A stretch of DNA of 52,888 nt from Candidatus Omnitrophota bacterium (GTDB lineage Bacteria; Omnitrophota; Gorgyraeia; Gygaellales; Profunditerraquicolaceae), in NCBI GenBank assembly GCA_049517335.1, contig JBEKSD010000009.1:1-52888 (forward strand). Direction: 5' to 3'. Of the stretch, positions 26,365 to 35,959 are shown piece after piece; the stretch's first letter is position 1; every line of letters begins with the position of its first letter. Position numbers and translations under genes: made by a program. Under the pieces are notes generated by a model. The model was given only the letters and a program-made list of their open reading frames with translations. It was not told the DNA's origin and did not search any database.

Positions 26365-28560
26365 ATGAGCATCAGGCAAGAACTTTTATCAAGGATCAAA
26401 GGTGTGGAATTAACCAAGATTAATACCCCTAAGAAAGTTTCTACGTATTTCGGAAAGAACACCTTTAGTATGGAGACTATGCAGAAGCATATCTCCAAGC
26501 CTACCTTTAAAGCGTTTAAGGACTGGCTCAATGAAGGCAAGACCATATCCTTAGAGCAGGCCAATGAAATCGCCGGCGCCATGAAGGATTGGGCGATTGC
26601 CAAAGGCGCAACTTATTATACGCACTGGTTTCAGCCTATGACCGGGCTTACGGCCGAGAAACACGATAGCTTCATTTCCATTACTGGCCCGGGCAAGGTA
26701 ATTGAAAAATTTTCCGGGAATAAACTTATTCAGGGTGAGCCTGACGCTTCAAGTTTTCCTTCCGGAGGCATCCGGGCAACCTTTGAAGCCCGCGGTTATA
26801 CTGCCTGGGATCCGTCAAGCCCGGCATTTATCATTGAAAGCGCCTTAGGTAAGACCCTCTGTATCCCCACTATTTTCATCTCCTATCACGGAGAAGCGCT
26901 GGACAAGAAATTACCGCTTCTGCGTTCTGATGAGGCCTTAAACAGAGCGGCAGTAAATCTCCTAAAATTATTCGGACATAAGGATATAAAAAAGATATTC
27001 TCAACCTGCGGCCCGGAACAAGAATACTTTTTGATTGATAAGAATTACTACAACCTGCGCCAGGACCTGCTTTTGGCTGGACGCACCCTGGTGGGCGCAC
27101 CTTCGCCAAAGGGCCAGCAACTGGAAGACCAGTATTTCGGCACCATCAAAGAGCGCGTGGTTAACTTTATGTTTGATGTGGCTGAGGAAGCGTACAAATT
27201 GGCTATTCCTCTGATGACCCGCCATAATGAAGTCGCGCCGCATCAATACGAATTCGCGCCCATTTTTGAAGACTCGAATATCGCCGCAGACCACAACCAA
27301 CTGCTTATGGAATTGATGAAGAAGGTGGCCTTAAAGCATAACCTGGTTTGCCTTCTGCATGAGAAACCTTTCGCCGGGATCAACGGTAGCGGCAAACATT
27401 TAAACTGGTCGCTTGCCGATGATTTGGGGAATAACCTTTTAAATCCGGGCGAAACACCGGAAGATAATTTACAATTTCTGGCTATGCTAGCTGCTGTATT
27501 AAGAGCGGTTTATCTGCACGCCGACCTTTTAAGGGCAAGCGTGGCCATGGCCGGCAACGAGCACCGCTTAGGCGCGAACGAAGCCCCGCCTGCGATTATC
27601 AGTGTCTTCTTAGGCGATCAGTTATCCAAAATACTGGACATGATTGAGAAAGGTATCAAAGGCAAGGTTTCCAAGCGCGACATCATTGATTTAGGAATTG
27701 GCCATCTTCCTAAATTCAATAAGGACATGACCGACAGGAACCGTACTTCGCCTTTTGCCTTTACGGGAAATAAATTCGAATTCCGCGCAGTCGGCTCATC
27801 CCAAAATATATCCACGCCTATAACCATGCTTAATACTATTATCGCCGACAGCCTTGATTATGTCGCCGGAGAGATTAAGAAAGAGCAGCAGGCGAATAAG
27901 GGTTTAAGCTCGGCGGTAATGAAGGTCATCGCAAAACTTGTCAAGGAAACCAAGGATATCCGCTTCGAAGGCAATAACTACGCCGAGGAGTGGCTTAAAG
28001 AGGCGAAAAAGAGGGACCTGCCTAATGTCGCTTCTACCTATGAGGCCCTCGAGGCGTTGATTGTAAAAGAGAATATCGCCCTTTTTGAAAAATATAAGAT
28101 ATTTTCTAAGGAAGAGATTGTTGCGCGCTACCATATCTGGATTCACCTTTATAACCTCACTCTTGAAATTGAGGCGAATACCTTAAATGAAATGGTTAAT
28201 GCCAGCGTGGTCCCTGCCGGGTTAAAGTACCAGAAACTTCTTTCGGATAACCTTGCGGTGTTGACCGAGCTTAAAAAGGGCGCCGGGGTTAAACTGGATA
28301 CGGCTGTGGTCAATGATTTAAAAGAGCATTTGGCCGATGTCTCCAGCAAGATTTATTATGTTCGCCGCAATACCAAAGTAATGCTCAATCTTATGGATAA
28401 AGCCAAGAGCGTAAGTGACGAAAAGCGGGCCAAGGTATATTACGAAGAACTAAGACCTTTAATGGAGCATATCCGCAGGCATGTCGATGATTTAGAATGC
28501 GTAGTCTCGGATGAAACTTGGGATCTTCCCAAATACAGGGAGATGCTCTTTGTGAAATAA
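26365..28560 (+). CDS. glnN: Glutamine synthetase type III
   Basis: 731 aa; THWFQPMTGLTAEKHDSF, GEPDASSFPSGG.RATFEARGYTAWD, HNEVAPHQYE, HEKPFAGINGSGKH, DRNRTSPFAFTGNKFEFR. Confidence 0.95.
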   Translation: MSIRQELLSRIKGVELTKINTPKKVSTYFGKNTFSMETMQKHISKPTFKAFKDWLNEGKTISLEQANEIAGAMKDWAIAKGATYYTHWFQPMTGLTAEKHDSFISITGPGKVIEKFSGNKLIQGEPDASSFPSGGIRATFEARGYTAWDPSSPAFIIESALGKTLCIPTIFISYHGEALDKKLPLLRSDEALNRAAVNLLKLFGHKDIKKIFSTCGPEQEYFLIDKNYYNLRQDLLLAGRTLVGAPSPKGQQLEDQYFGTIKERVVNFMFDVAEEAYKLAIPLMTRHNEVAPHQYEFAPIFEDSNIAADHNQLLMELMKKVALKHNLVCLLHEKPFAGINGSGKHLNWSLADDLGNNLLNPGETPEDNLQFLAMLAAVLRAVYLHADLLRASVAMAGNEHRLGANEAPPAIISVFLGDQLSKILDMIEKGIKGKVSKRDIIDLGIGHLPKFNKDMTDRNRTSPFAFTGNKFEFRAVGSSQNISTPITMLNTIIADSLDYVAGEIKKEQQANKGLSSAVMKVIAKLVKETKDIRFEGNNYAEEWLKEAKKRDLPNVASTYEALEALIVKENIALFEKYKIFSKEEIVARYHIWIHLYNLTLEIEANTLNEMVNASVVPAGLKYQKLLSDNLAVLTELKKGAGVKLDTAVVNDLKEHLADVSSKIYYVRRNTKVMLNLMDKAKSVSDEKRAKVYYEELRPLMEHIRRHVDDLECVVSDETWDLPKYREMLFVK

Positions 28561-28583
28561 AGTTTCGGATGCGGGAATGGTTA

Positions 28584-28613
28584 GTTACCATAACCTCGTA
28601 TTTTTTACTTGTA
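28584..28613 (+). promoter_or_regulatory. Conserved bipartite promoter motif, copy 4
   Basis: GTTACCA-TAACCTCGTATTTTTT-ACTTGTA upstream of the Fis-like/gltB/gltD unit. Confidence 0.85.
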
Positions 28614-28623
28614 TAATAAATAA

Positions 28624-28716
28624 TATAGATACAGCGTTGTATCTATAAAACTAAATAGAAAGAACAAAGGCGTTCATTCCGAAGGAATTTTTCTGCTTTG
28701 GGATGAACGTTTTTTT
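28624..28716 (+). promoter_or_regulatory. ANTAR dual-hairpin leader plus terminator (gltBD operon)
   Basis: P1 TATAGATAC-AGCGTT-GTATCTATA. P2 GAAC-AAAGGC-GTTC overlaps terminator GCGTTCATTCCGAAG...CTTTGGGATGAACGT plus T-run. Both loops are A1/G4. Confidence 0.85.
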
Positions 28717-28749
28717 AACTGATTTGCATGATTAAATTCTAGGCAGAAT

Positions 28750-29130
28750 ATGATTACCATAGTTATCGCGGATGACGAAACAAAAATAAGAGAGGCTTTA
28801 AGCAAGGTGCTTAAAGAAGAGGGCTATGCTTTGGCCGACTCGCTTGGGAACGGTAATGTAATCCGCCTGGTGAAGAAGGACTGTATAAGGGATCTTGCTT
28901 TTATAAAAGATAAGGTTGTGGAGTTTGGAGATTCCTTGATAAATGAGAAAAAAGGCGTATTATATAAATCTATTTTAGAGGCAATTGAGAAACCCCTTAT
29001 TGAGCATATCTTAGAGCGTACTGAAGGCAACCAGTTGAAAGCCGCGCGCATTTTAGGCATTAACCGCAACACTATGCGCGCAAAAATCAAGAAGTTTGGG
29101 ATAAATCCGGAAAAATGGAAGATAAGTTAA
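28750..29130 (+). CDS. Fis/NtrC-type HTH protein with a vestigial receiver N-terminus
   Basis: N-terminus [23 protein letters not shown] (receiver beta1-alpha1). C-terminus [40 protein letters not shown] (Fis HTH). No AAA+ domain. Confidence 0.85.
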   Translation: MITIVIADDETKIREALSKVLKEEGYALADSLGNGNVIRLVKKDCIRDLAFIKDKVVEFGDSLINEKKGVLYKSILEAIEKPLIEHILERTEGNQLKAARILGINRNTMRAKIKKFGINPEKWKIS

Positions 29131-32100
29131 CCCCTTGTAATAATATTGTTAAGAAGCAGGGACTTTATGACCCGCAATTTGAGCATGATTCTTGCGGCGT
29201 AGGGTTTGTCTGCGACATTAAGGGAAGAAGGTCCAATGAAAACATCAGGCAGGGCTTAGAGGTATTGCGTTCACTTGCCCATCGCGGCGCAACCGGGGCT
29301 GACCCTAAGACAGGCGACGGTGCGGGTATCCTAATCCAAATCCCCCATGAATTCTTACTAAGGGTATGTCAAAAGGATGAAATAAATTTACCTTCCTCTG
29401 GCGAATACGGGACAGGACTTGTGTTTTTACCCACCAATAAAGAAGACCGCGCTTTCTGCAAAGACGCATTCTTAAAAATAATCGAAGAAGAAAAACAAGT
29501 GCTTCTTGGCTGGCGTAAGGTGCCGGTTGATAACTTGCATATCGGTAAAACCGCTCAGGAAACCGAGCCGGCGATAGAGCAGATTTTTATCCAGAAATCA
29601 AAAAGCATTAAAACCCAACTGGATTTTGAGCGCAAGCTTTATTTAATACGCAAGCAGGTTGAAAATAAGATACGCGCCTCTAAATTAAAACAGAAATCCT
29701 TCTTCTATATTACCAATATTTCCAGCCGCACCCTTTCCTATAAAGGCCTCTTAATGCCGCATCAGCTAGAAAGTTTCTTTCTTGATTTGCAGGATAACAG
29801 CTTAAGAAGCGCTTTATGCCTTGTGCATTCGCGTTACAGCACAAACACTTTTCCCACCTGGGATCTTGCCCAGCCATTCAGATTCTTGGCTCACAACGGG
29901 GAAATAAATACTTTGCGCGGCAACATTAACTGGATGCAGGCCCGGCAAAGCCTCCTAGCAAGTGAAATTTTCGGGAAAGATATAGAGAAGCTTAAGCCTG
30001 TGATTGTCCCCGGAGGAAGCGATTCGGCGACAATTGATAATGCCTTTGAGCTCCTCACTCTTTCCGGTAGGTCACTGCAGCATGCGATGATGATGCTTAT
30101 CCCGGCGGCCTGGGAACAGAATAATTTGATGGATGAGAACTTAAGGAGCTTTTACAAATACCACGCCTGTTTTATGGAGCCTTGGGATGGCCCGGCAGCC
30201 ATTGCTTTTACCGATGGGACGAGAATAGGTGCAGTACTTGATCGGAACGGTCTGCGCCCGGCAAGGTATCTTATTACAAGACAGGAACAGGTGGTCATGG
30301 CTTCTGAAGTCGGGGTTCTTGACATTAAACCTTCTGATATTACTGTTTCAGGAAGGCTTGAACCGGGTAAGATGTTTTTTATTGACACCGAGGCTAGCCG
30401 GATCATTCATGATGAGGAGTTAAAGAAAACTGTTTCCAGTGAAAAACCCTATTCTTTATGGCTAAAAGATAATTTATTGAGCCTGGATAAAGTTTCAGCC
30501 GCTAAATCTGCTAAGAAAGAAAAAGCAGATATCTTAACATCTTTAAAAACATTCGGTTACACGCATGAAGACCTGAAATTCATCATAAAACCCATGGCTG
30601 AAGAAGGCAAGGAACCTGTGGGTTCAATGGGTAATGATACCCCGCATGCAATCCTTTCGGCTCAGCCGCAGATTTTGTATAATTATTTTAAACAATTATT
30701 CGCTCAGGTAACTAATCCGGCAATTGACCCTATCCGCGAAGAGCTGGTAATGAGTTTGGAAAGTTTTGTCGGCTCTCAAAAGAATATACTTACCGAAACC
30801 CCGGAACACGCGCATAAACTTCTGGTAAAACATCCCATTTTAAGCAATGAAGAGTTCGATAAAATACGTTCGATCAAAGAAGGGGGCTTTAAAACTAAGG
30901 TAATCTCTGTATTATTTAACGCAAATAATGAAAAAGATTTTCTAAATACCCTAGATAAGATTTGCGAAGAGGCAAGTTTAGCTATCTCCAAGGGGTATAG
31001 TTTTATTATTTTAAGCGATAAAGGAATAAATAAGTCAAAAGCAGCTTTGCCTATTCTTATGGCCGTAGCTGCGGTGCACCACCATTTGGTCAAAAAGGCC
31101 CTCAGGACCCAGATAGGTATAATTCTCGAAACAGGGGAGCCCAGAGAGGTACATCATTTTGCGCTGCTTTTTGGCTATGGCGCTGATTGTATTAATCCAT
31201 ACCTTGCTTATGAAAGCGTAGAATATTTGATTAAAGAAGGAATGCTTAATCTGGATCTAAAGAGCGCACTTAAAAATTACCATAAGGCAGTATATGCCGG
31301 GTTATTGAAGATACTTTCCAAGATGGGTATTTCGACCCTGCAGAGTTATCGCGGGGCGCAGATATTCGAAGCCTTAGGGTTAGCGCAGGATGTAATTAAT
31401 AAATGTTTCTGTGGCACTGTTTCGCGTATCGGAGGCGTTGGCTTAAAGGGGCTCGTAAAAGAAACATTAGCCCGTCATCACGAGGCTTATTTTGGCAGAA
31501 TATCGGCTTCGTCATTTTTGGGCGTAGGGGGAGTTTATCAGTGGAAGCGCGACGGGGAATTCCATCTTTGGAATCCGGAAACAGTCTCCAGCTTACAGGA
31601 CGCCGCCAGGAATAATGACTATATAAAATATAAGGAATTTGCCCGGTTAATTAATGACCAATCCGGAAATCCCACTACTTTAAGAAGCTTGCTTAAGTTT
31701 AAAACACAAAAGCCTATCCCAATAGAAGAAGTTGAGCCGGTTGAATCTATTTTTAAGCGTTTTGCTACGGGTGCCATGAGCTTTGGCTCAATTTCAAGGG
31801 GCGCGCATGAGACTTTAGCTATCGCTATGAATAGAATTGGAGGCAGATCTAATACCGGAGAAGGCGGAGAAGATCCCACAAGGTTTATCCCGTTACCTAA
31901 CGGAGATTCCAGAAGGAGTGCAATTAAACAGGTTGCTTCAGGAAGGTTTGGCGTGACCGCAAATTATCTGGTTAATGCCGACGAAATTCAGATTAAGATA
32001 GCACAAGGAGCGAAGCCGGGTGAAGGCGGGCAGCTGCCTGGGCATAAGGTAAGCGTAATTATTGCCAGAACCCGTTATACTACTCCAGGCGTTACCTTGA

Positions 32101-33656
32101 TTTCTCCTCCTCCACACCATGATATTTATTCTATTGAGGACTTAGCCCAACTCATTTTCGACTTAAAAAATGCCAACCCCCGCGCACGCATCAGCGTAAA
32201 GCTTGTTTCCGAAGTAGGCGTTGGTACTATTGCCGCCGGTGTTGCCAAAGGGCATGCCGATATGATTCTTATATCCGGAGGAGACGGCGGGACGGGCGCC
32301 TCCCCGATAAGCTCGATTAAACACGCTGGGCTTCCCTGGGAGCTGGGTATTTCTGAAACGCACCAGACACTGGTGTTGAATGACTTGCGTAGTCGTGTTC
32401 GGCTGCAGACCGATGGGCAAATGCGTACCGGCCGGGATGTGGCAATTGCCGCTATTTTAGGAGCTGAAGAATACGGTTTTTGTACCGCGGCGTTAATTAT
32501 TTCAGGATGCGTGATGCTTCGGCACTGCCATTTAAATACCTGTTCTGTTGGAGTTGCCACGCAGGATGAAACTCTGGAGAAGAGGTTTAGCGGTAAGCCA
32601 GAATTTATTGTTAGTTATTTCCATTTCGTTGCCAAAGAGTTACGCGAGATTATGAGCAGTTTGGGGATAAGAAAACTCGATGATATGATAGGCTCTACCG
32701 AGCTCTTGGAAGTTAACCCCGATATTATCCCTGAGAAGGCAAAAGGCATTGATTATTCTAAGATCCTTTATAAACCGGAAGTTCCTAAAAATGTAGGCAC
32801 GCATTGCCTCATTGCCCAGGATCACGGGATTGATAAAATTATAGATTTGGAATTAATTAAGTTAGCGCAAAATACACTGACAAAAAGAGAGCCGGTTAAG
32901 ATTGAAATGCCAATTAAAAATAACAATAGGACCACAGGTGCAATGCTTAGCGGTGAAATTTGCAGGTGTTTTGGGGAAGAGGGATTGGATGATGACACGG
33001 TGCATTGTAAATTTAACGGGGTAGCCGGACAGAGTTTCGGCGCATTTTTAGCCAAGGGTATCACTTTTGAGCTTGAAGGGATGAGCAATGATTATATTGG
33101 TAAGGGGATATCCGGAGGAAGGATTATTGTTTATCCCGATAAAACGGCTGCTTTTAAGGCAAATGAGAATATTATTATAGGTAATACTACTTTTTACGGC
33201 GCCATCTCTGGGGAGGCATTTATTAGGGGAGTTGCAGGAGAAAGATTTTGCATCCGTAATTCCGGATTATTCGCAGTCGTGGAAGGGGTTGGGGATCATG
33301 CCTGTGAGTATATGACCGGAGGCAGGGTTATAGTTTTAGGTAAAACCGGAAGGAATTTTGCCGCAGGTATGTCCGGAGGTATTGCTTATGTCTGGGATAG
33401 AGACGGTGATTTTAAAGATAAGTGCAATTTAAGTATGGTTCAGCTTGAAAAAGTGTATGCTGATGATGAGATGGTGCTTAGTGATTTGATTCGTAGGCAC
33501 CATTTATATACTAAAAGTAATATTGCCAAGAAGGTCTTGGATAATTTCCATATGGAGCTAAAGAAATTCGTTAAAGTGATGCCGCTGGAATATAAGCGTA
33601 TTCTGGAGCAGAAGACATTTGAAAAAAGGCTGGATTTAACGGAGGTTTCTGACTAG
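29115..33656 (+). CDS. gltB: Glutamate synthase large subunit
   Basis: EHDS|[50 protein letters not shown], 3Fe-4[13 protein letters not shown], and GXGXG repeats. Confidence 0.98.
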   Translation: MEDKLTPCNNIVKKQGLYDPQFEHDSCGVGFVCDIKGRRSNENIRQGLEVLRSLAHRGATGADPKTGDGAGILIQIPHEFLLRVCQKDEINLPSSGEYGTGLVFLPTNKEDRAFCKDAFLKIIEEEKQVLLGWRKVPVDNLHIGKTAQETEPAIEQIFIQKSKSIKTQLDFERKLYLIRKQVENKIRASKLKQKSFFYITNISSRTLSYKGLLMPHQLESFFLDLQDNSLRSALCLVHSRYSTNTFPTWDLAQPFRFLAHNGEINTLRGNINWMQARQSLLASEIFGKDIEKLKPVIVPGGSDSATIDNAFELLTLSGRSLQHAMMMLIPAAWEQNNLMDENLRSFYKYHACFMEPWDGPAAIAFTDGTRIGAVLDRNGLRPARYLITRQEQVVMASEVGVLDIKPSDITVSGRLEPGKMFFIDTEASRIIHDEELKKTVSSEKPYSLWLKDNLLSLDKVSAAKSAKKEKADILTSLKTFGYTHEDLKFIIKPMAEEGKEPVGSMGNDTPHAILSAQPQILYNYFKQLFAQVTNPAIDPIREELVMSLESFVGSQKNILTETPEHAHKLLVKHPILSNEEFDKIRSIKEGGFKTKVISVLFNANNEKDFLNTLDKICEEASLAISKGYSFIILSDKGINKSKAALPILMAVAAVHHHLVKKALRTQIGIILETGEPREVHHFALLFGYGADCINPYLAYESVEYLIKEGMLNLDLKSALKNYHKAVYAGLLKILSKMGISTLQSYRGAQIFEALGLAQDVINKCFCGTVSRIGGVGLKGLVKETLARHHEAYFGRISASSFLGVGGVYQWKRDGEFHLWNPETVSSLQDAARNNDYIKYKEFARLINDQSGNPTTLRSLLKFKTQKPIPIEEVEPVESIFKRFATGAMSFGSISRGAHETLAIAMNRIGGRSNTGEGGEDPTRFIPLPNGDSRRSAIKQVASGRFGVTANYLVNADEIQIKIAQGAKPGEGGQLPGHKVSVIIARTRYTTPGVTLISPPPHHDIYSIEDLAQLIFDLKNANPRARISVKLVSEVGVGTIAAGVAKGHADMILISGGDGGTGASPISSIKHAGLPWELGISETHQTLVLNDLRSRVRLQTDGQMRTGRDVAIAAILGAEEYGFCTAALIISGCVMLRHCHLNTCSVGVATQDETLEKRFSGKPEFIVSYFHFVAKELREIMSSLGIRKLDDMIGSTELLEVNPDIIPEKAKGIDYSKILYKPEVPKNVGTHCLIAQDHGIDKIIDLELIKLAQNTLTKREPVKIEMPIKNNNRTTGAMLSGEICRCFGEEGLDDDTVHCKFNGVAGQSFGAFLAKGITFELEGMSNDYIGKGISGGRIIVYPDKTAAFKANENIIIGNTTFYGAISGEAFIRGVAGERFCIRNSGLFAVVEGVGDHACEYMTGGRVIVLGKTGRNFAAGMSGGIAYVWDRDGDFKDKCNLSMVQLEKVYADDEMVLSDLIRRHHLYTKSNIAKKVLDNFHMELKKFVKVMPLEYKRILEQKTFEKRLDLTEVSD

Positions 33657-35117
33657 GTGGCAACCGACATAAAAGGTTTTTTGAAGATTAAAAAGCAGAC
33701 ATGGGGCTACAGGCCGGTTTGCGAAAGGGTGAAAGATTATTCGCAAGTCTTCATAATCAGGCCTGAAAAAGATTCTAAGGAGCAGGGTTTGCGCTGTATG
33801 GATTGCGGCACGCCTTTTTGCCATTGGGGTTGCCCCGTGGGTAATTATATTCCTGAATGGAATGAATTTATGTCTGCCGGGCATTGGCAGAAGGCTTTCC
33901 AACTTTTGGATGATACGAATAATCTGCCGGAGATAACCGGTAGAATTTGTCCTGCGTCTTGCGAGTATGCTTGTGTTTTAGGTATTAATGATGACCCGGT
34001 TACGGTAAGAGAAAATGAATTGGGTGTCATCGAATACGCATTTTCCAATAATTTGATCAAAGCAAAGCCGCCTAAAAAGCGTACCGGTAAAAAAGTCGCG
34101 ATAGTAGGTTCTGGTCCTTCCGGTCTTTCCTGCGCAGCCCAGTTAAATAAAGCAGGACATAAGGTCACGGTGTTTGAAAAAGATGATGCCATAGGCGGGA
34201 TATTAAGGTACGGGATACCGGATTTTAAGTTGGAGAAATGGGTTTTAGACAGGCGGATTAAGATATGGAAGGAAGAGGGGATAGAATTCAGGGCCTCGGT
34301 TAATGTCGGCAAAGACTACTTTGCTTCAAAGTTATTAAAGGATTTTGACGCCGTATGCCTTTGCGGAGGCTCACGCTTCCCCCGCGACCTGAAGATCGAA
34401 GGAAGGGAATTAGGCGGAATTCATTTTGCCATGGATTACCTTACTCAATCCAATAAGAGGGTGGCAAAAGTAAAATTTGCCCAAAACGAATTAATTGACG
34501 CCAAAGGAAAGAAAGTTTTGATCGTAGGTGGTGGAGATACCGGTGCTGACTGCGTGGGGACCGCGCATAGGCAGGGTGCCTTCTGCGTTATGCAGATAGA
34601 AGTTCTGCCTCAGCCTTCTGCTTGTAGGACCAAAGATATGGCCTGGCCCAAATACCCACTTTTACTTAAAACTTCTTCAAGCCATGAGGAAGGCGGGGAG
34701 CGTAAGTGGGCGGTATTAACTAAGGAATTTATCGGTGAAAAAGGCAAGGTAAAGAAAGTTTCCTGTGCCCAGGTTGATTTTAGCGAAAAAGACCCTAAGG
34801 GATGCCCGATTATGAAAGAGGTCCCGGGAAGCGAATTCGTTATTGAAGCGGACCTTGTGATTTTGGCTATAGGATTCTTGCATCCGGAGCACAATAATTT
34901 ATTATCTGACTTAAAAGTTGAATTTGATAACCGTGGAAACGTTTTGACCGATATGAATTACATGACTTCGGTTAAGAACGTATTTTCCGCAGGTGATATG
35001 CATAGAGGTCAATCGCTAGTTGTTTGGGCGATTTCAGAAGGAAGGCGCGCGGCCCATTGTATTGACAAGCATCTTAATAAAGAGTCAAACTTACCTTTAT
35101 TACCCGCCGTTCGCTAG
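33657..35117 (+). CDS. gltD: Glutamate synthase small subunit
   Basis: RCMDCGTPFC...CP, GRICPASCE..C, GSGPSG, GGGDTGADC, AGDMHRGQSLVVWAISEGR. The GTG start abuts the gltB stop. Confidence 0.97.
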   Translation: MATDIKGFLKIKKQTWGYRPVCERVKDYSQVFIIRPEKDSKEQGLRCMDCGTPFCHWGCPVGNYIPEWNEFMSAGHWQKAFQLLDDTNNLPEITGRICPASCEYACVLGINDDPVTVRENELGVIEYAFSNNLIKAKPPKKRTGKKVAIVGSGPSGLSCAAQLNKAGHKVTVFEKDDAIGGILRYGIPDFKLEKWVLDRRIKIWKEEGIEFRASVNVGKDYFASKLLKDFDAVCLCGGSRFPRDLKIEGRELGGIHFAMDYLTQSNKRVAKVKFAQNELIDAKGKKVLIVGGGDTGADCVGTAHRQGAFCVMQIEVLPQPSACRTKDMAWPKYPLLLKTSSSHEEGGERKWAVLTKEFIGEKGKVKKVSCAQVDFSEKDPKGCPIMKEVPGSEFVIEADLVILAIGFLHPEHNNLLSDLKVEFDNRGNVLTDMNYMTSVKNVFSAGDMHRGQSLVVWAISEGRRAAHCIDKHLNKESNLPLLPAVR

Positions 35118-35427
35118 AAAATTTAGTTTAAACTCCAGATAGTGATAGGAATTATGCATACCTCAAAGAAATTGCCAGAATAAGAGAAGCAATTATTGAT
35201 TATTTCGCCGGGGTAAACCAGTTTATGTCCTCTGAAAGCTCTCGGCGGAATTATTTCTTGCCTTTTACCTACGCTTCACGTAAAAATCGTTAATTTTTAA
35301 AGCAGTCTTACTTATAAACTTATCTCAAAGCTTGCAGGTTACTTGGTATCTATTGGATCTGTTATTTAAATGTTTGACAGGGGTAGACTGCATACTATCC
35401 GTACTATTAATTTTTTTACCGCTAACC

Positions 35428-35480
35428 TTGACAAACTACTTTTCACAGTGTATACTTAAAATGATTTTATACGATTTTAA
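35428..35480 (+). promoter_or_regulatory. sigma70 promoter of the polysaccharide locus with a 10-bp tandem repeat
   Basis: TTGACA-17 nt-TATACT (35428-35456), then ATGATTTTAT-ACGATTTTAA (35461-35480). Confidence 0.7.
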
Positions 35481-35526
35481 ATACTTTTAGTTGAGATTAT
35501 ACGATAATTAGAATATTATTCTGCGT

Positions 35527-35604
35527 CTCTCAATTATGGAGGTAATTGGGAGATTACCAAGTTAAGTTTAGCCGGATTGACAAAGGGTCAATTCGGTTTT
35601 TTTT
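35527..35604 (+). promoter_or_regulatory. Leader element copy A: GGAGG-loop hairpin plus intrinsic terminator
   Basis: CTCTCAATTA-TGGAGG-TAATTGGGAG, then GCCGGATTGAC-AAAGG-GTCAATTCGGT plus T-run. Homologous to 37415-37487. Confidence 0.6.
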
Positions 35605-35660
35605 CGATTGCCGAAGATTTTTTAAAAAGCCTTAGGAGCAGATTTATAACTTTTATTTTT

Positions 35661-35843
35661 ATGACCAAGAGAAGAAATAACTTCAAAGAAATCTACTTAA
35701 CACCTATTCAGGCAGCTCAGTTTCTTAATGTCAGTCTGTCAACCCTTAAGAAATTTATCTATACAGGGAAATTAAAAACCCTTAAAACCCCCGGCGGCCA
35801 TCATCGGATTCTCAAAAAAAAATTATTGAAGCTGGGCGATTGA
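35661..35843 (+). CDS. Excisionase-like (HTH_17/MerR-type) DNA-binding protein
   Basis: YLTPIQAAQFLNVSLSTLKKFIYTGKLKTLKTPGGHHRI. Confidence 0.85.
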   Translation: MTKRRNNFKEIYLTPIQAAQFLNVSLSTLKKFIYTGKLKTLKTPGGHHRILKKKLLKLGD

Positions 35844-35847
35844 AAAT

Positions 35848-35943
35848 ATGAAAACAAAAGCCATAAAAGAAATCGAAAGAAACTCAGGTACTCAGTTTGA
35901 TCCAGAAATAACAGAGGCTTTCTTAAGGAAGTATAAAGAATAA
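35848..35943 (+). pseudogene. C-terminal remnant of an HD-GYP domain
   Basis: Hand translation MKTKAIKEIERNSGTQFDPEITEAFLRKYKE matches the HD-GYP terminal motif (A..E.....GTQFDP..V.AF). Confidence 0.7.
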
Positions 35944-35959
35944 ATGAGGCAATTCTGAT

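Noticed and set aside
35552-35582. GATTACCAA resembling the motif's upstream half
   Set aside because: It has a mismatch and no ACTTGTA half, and it lies in the unrelated polysaccharide leader.
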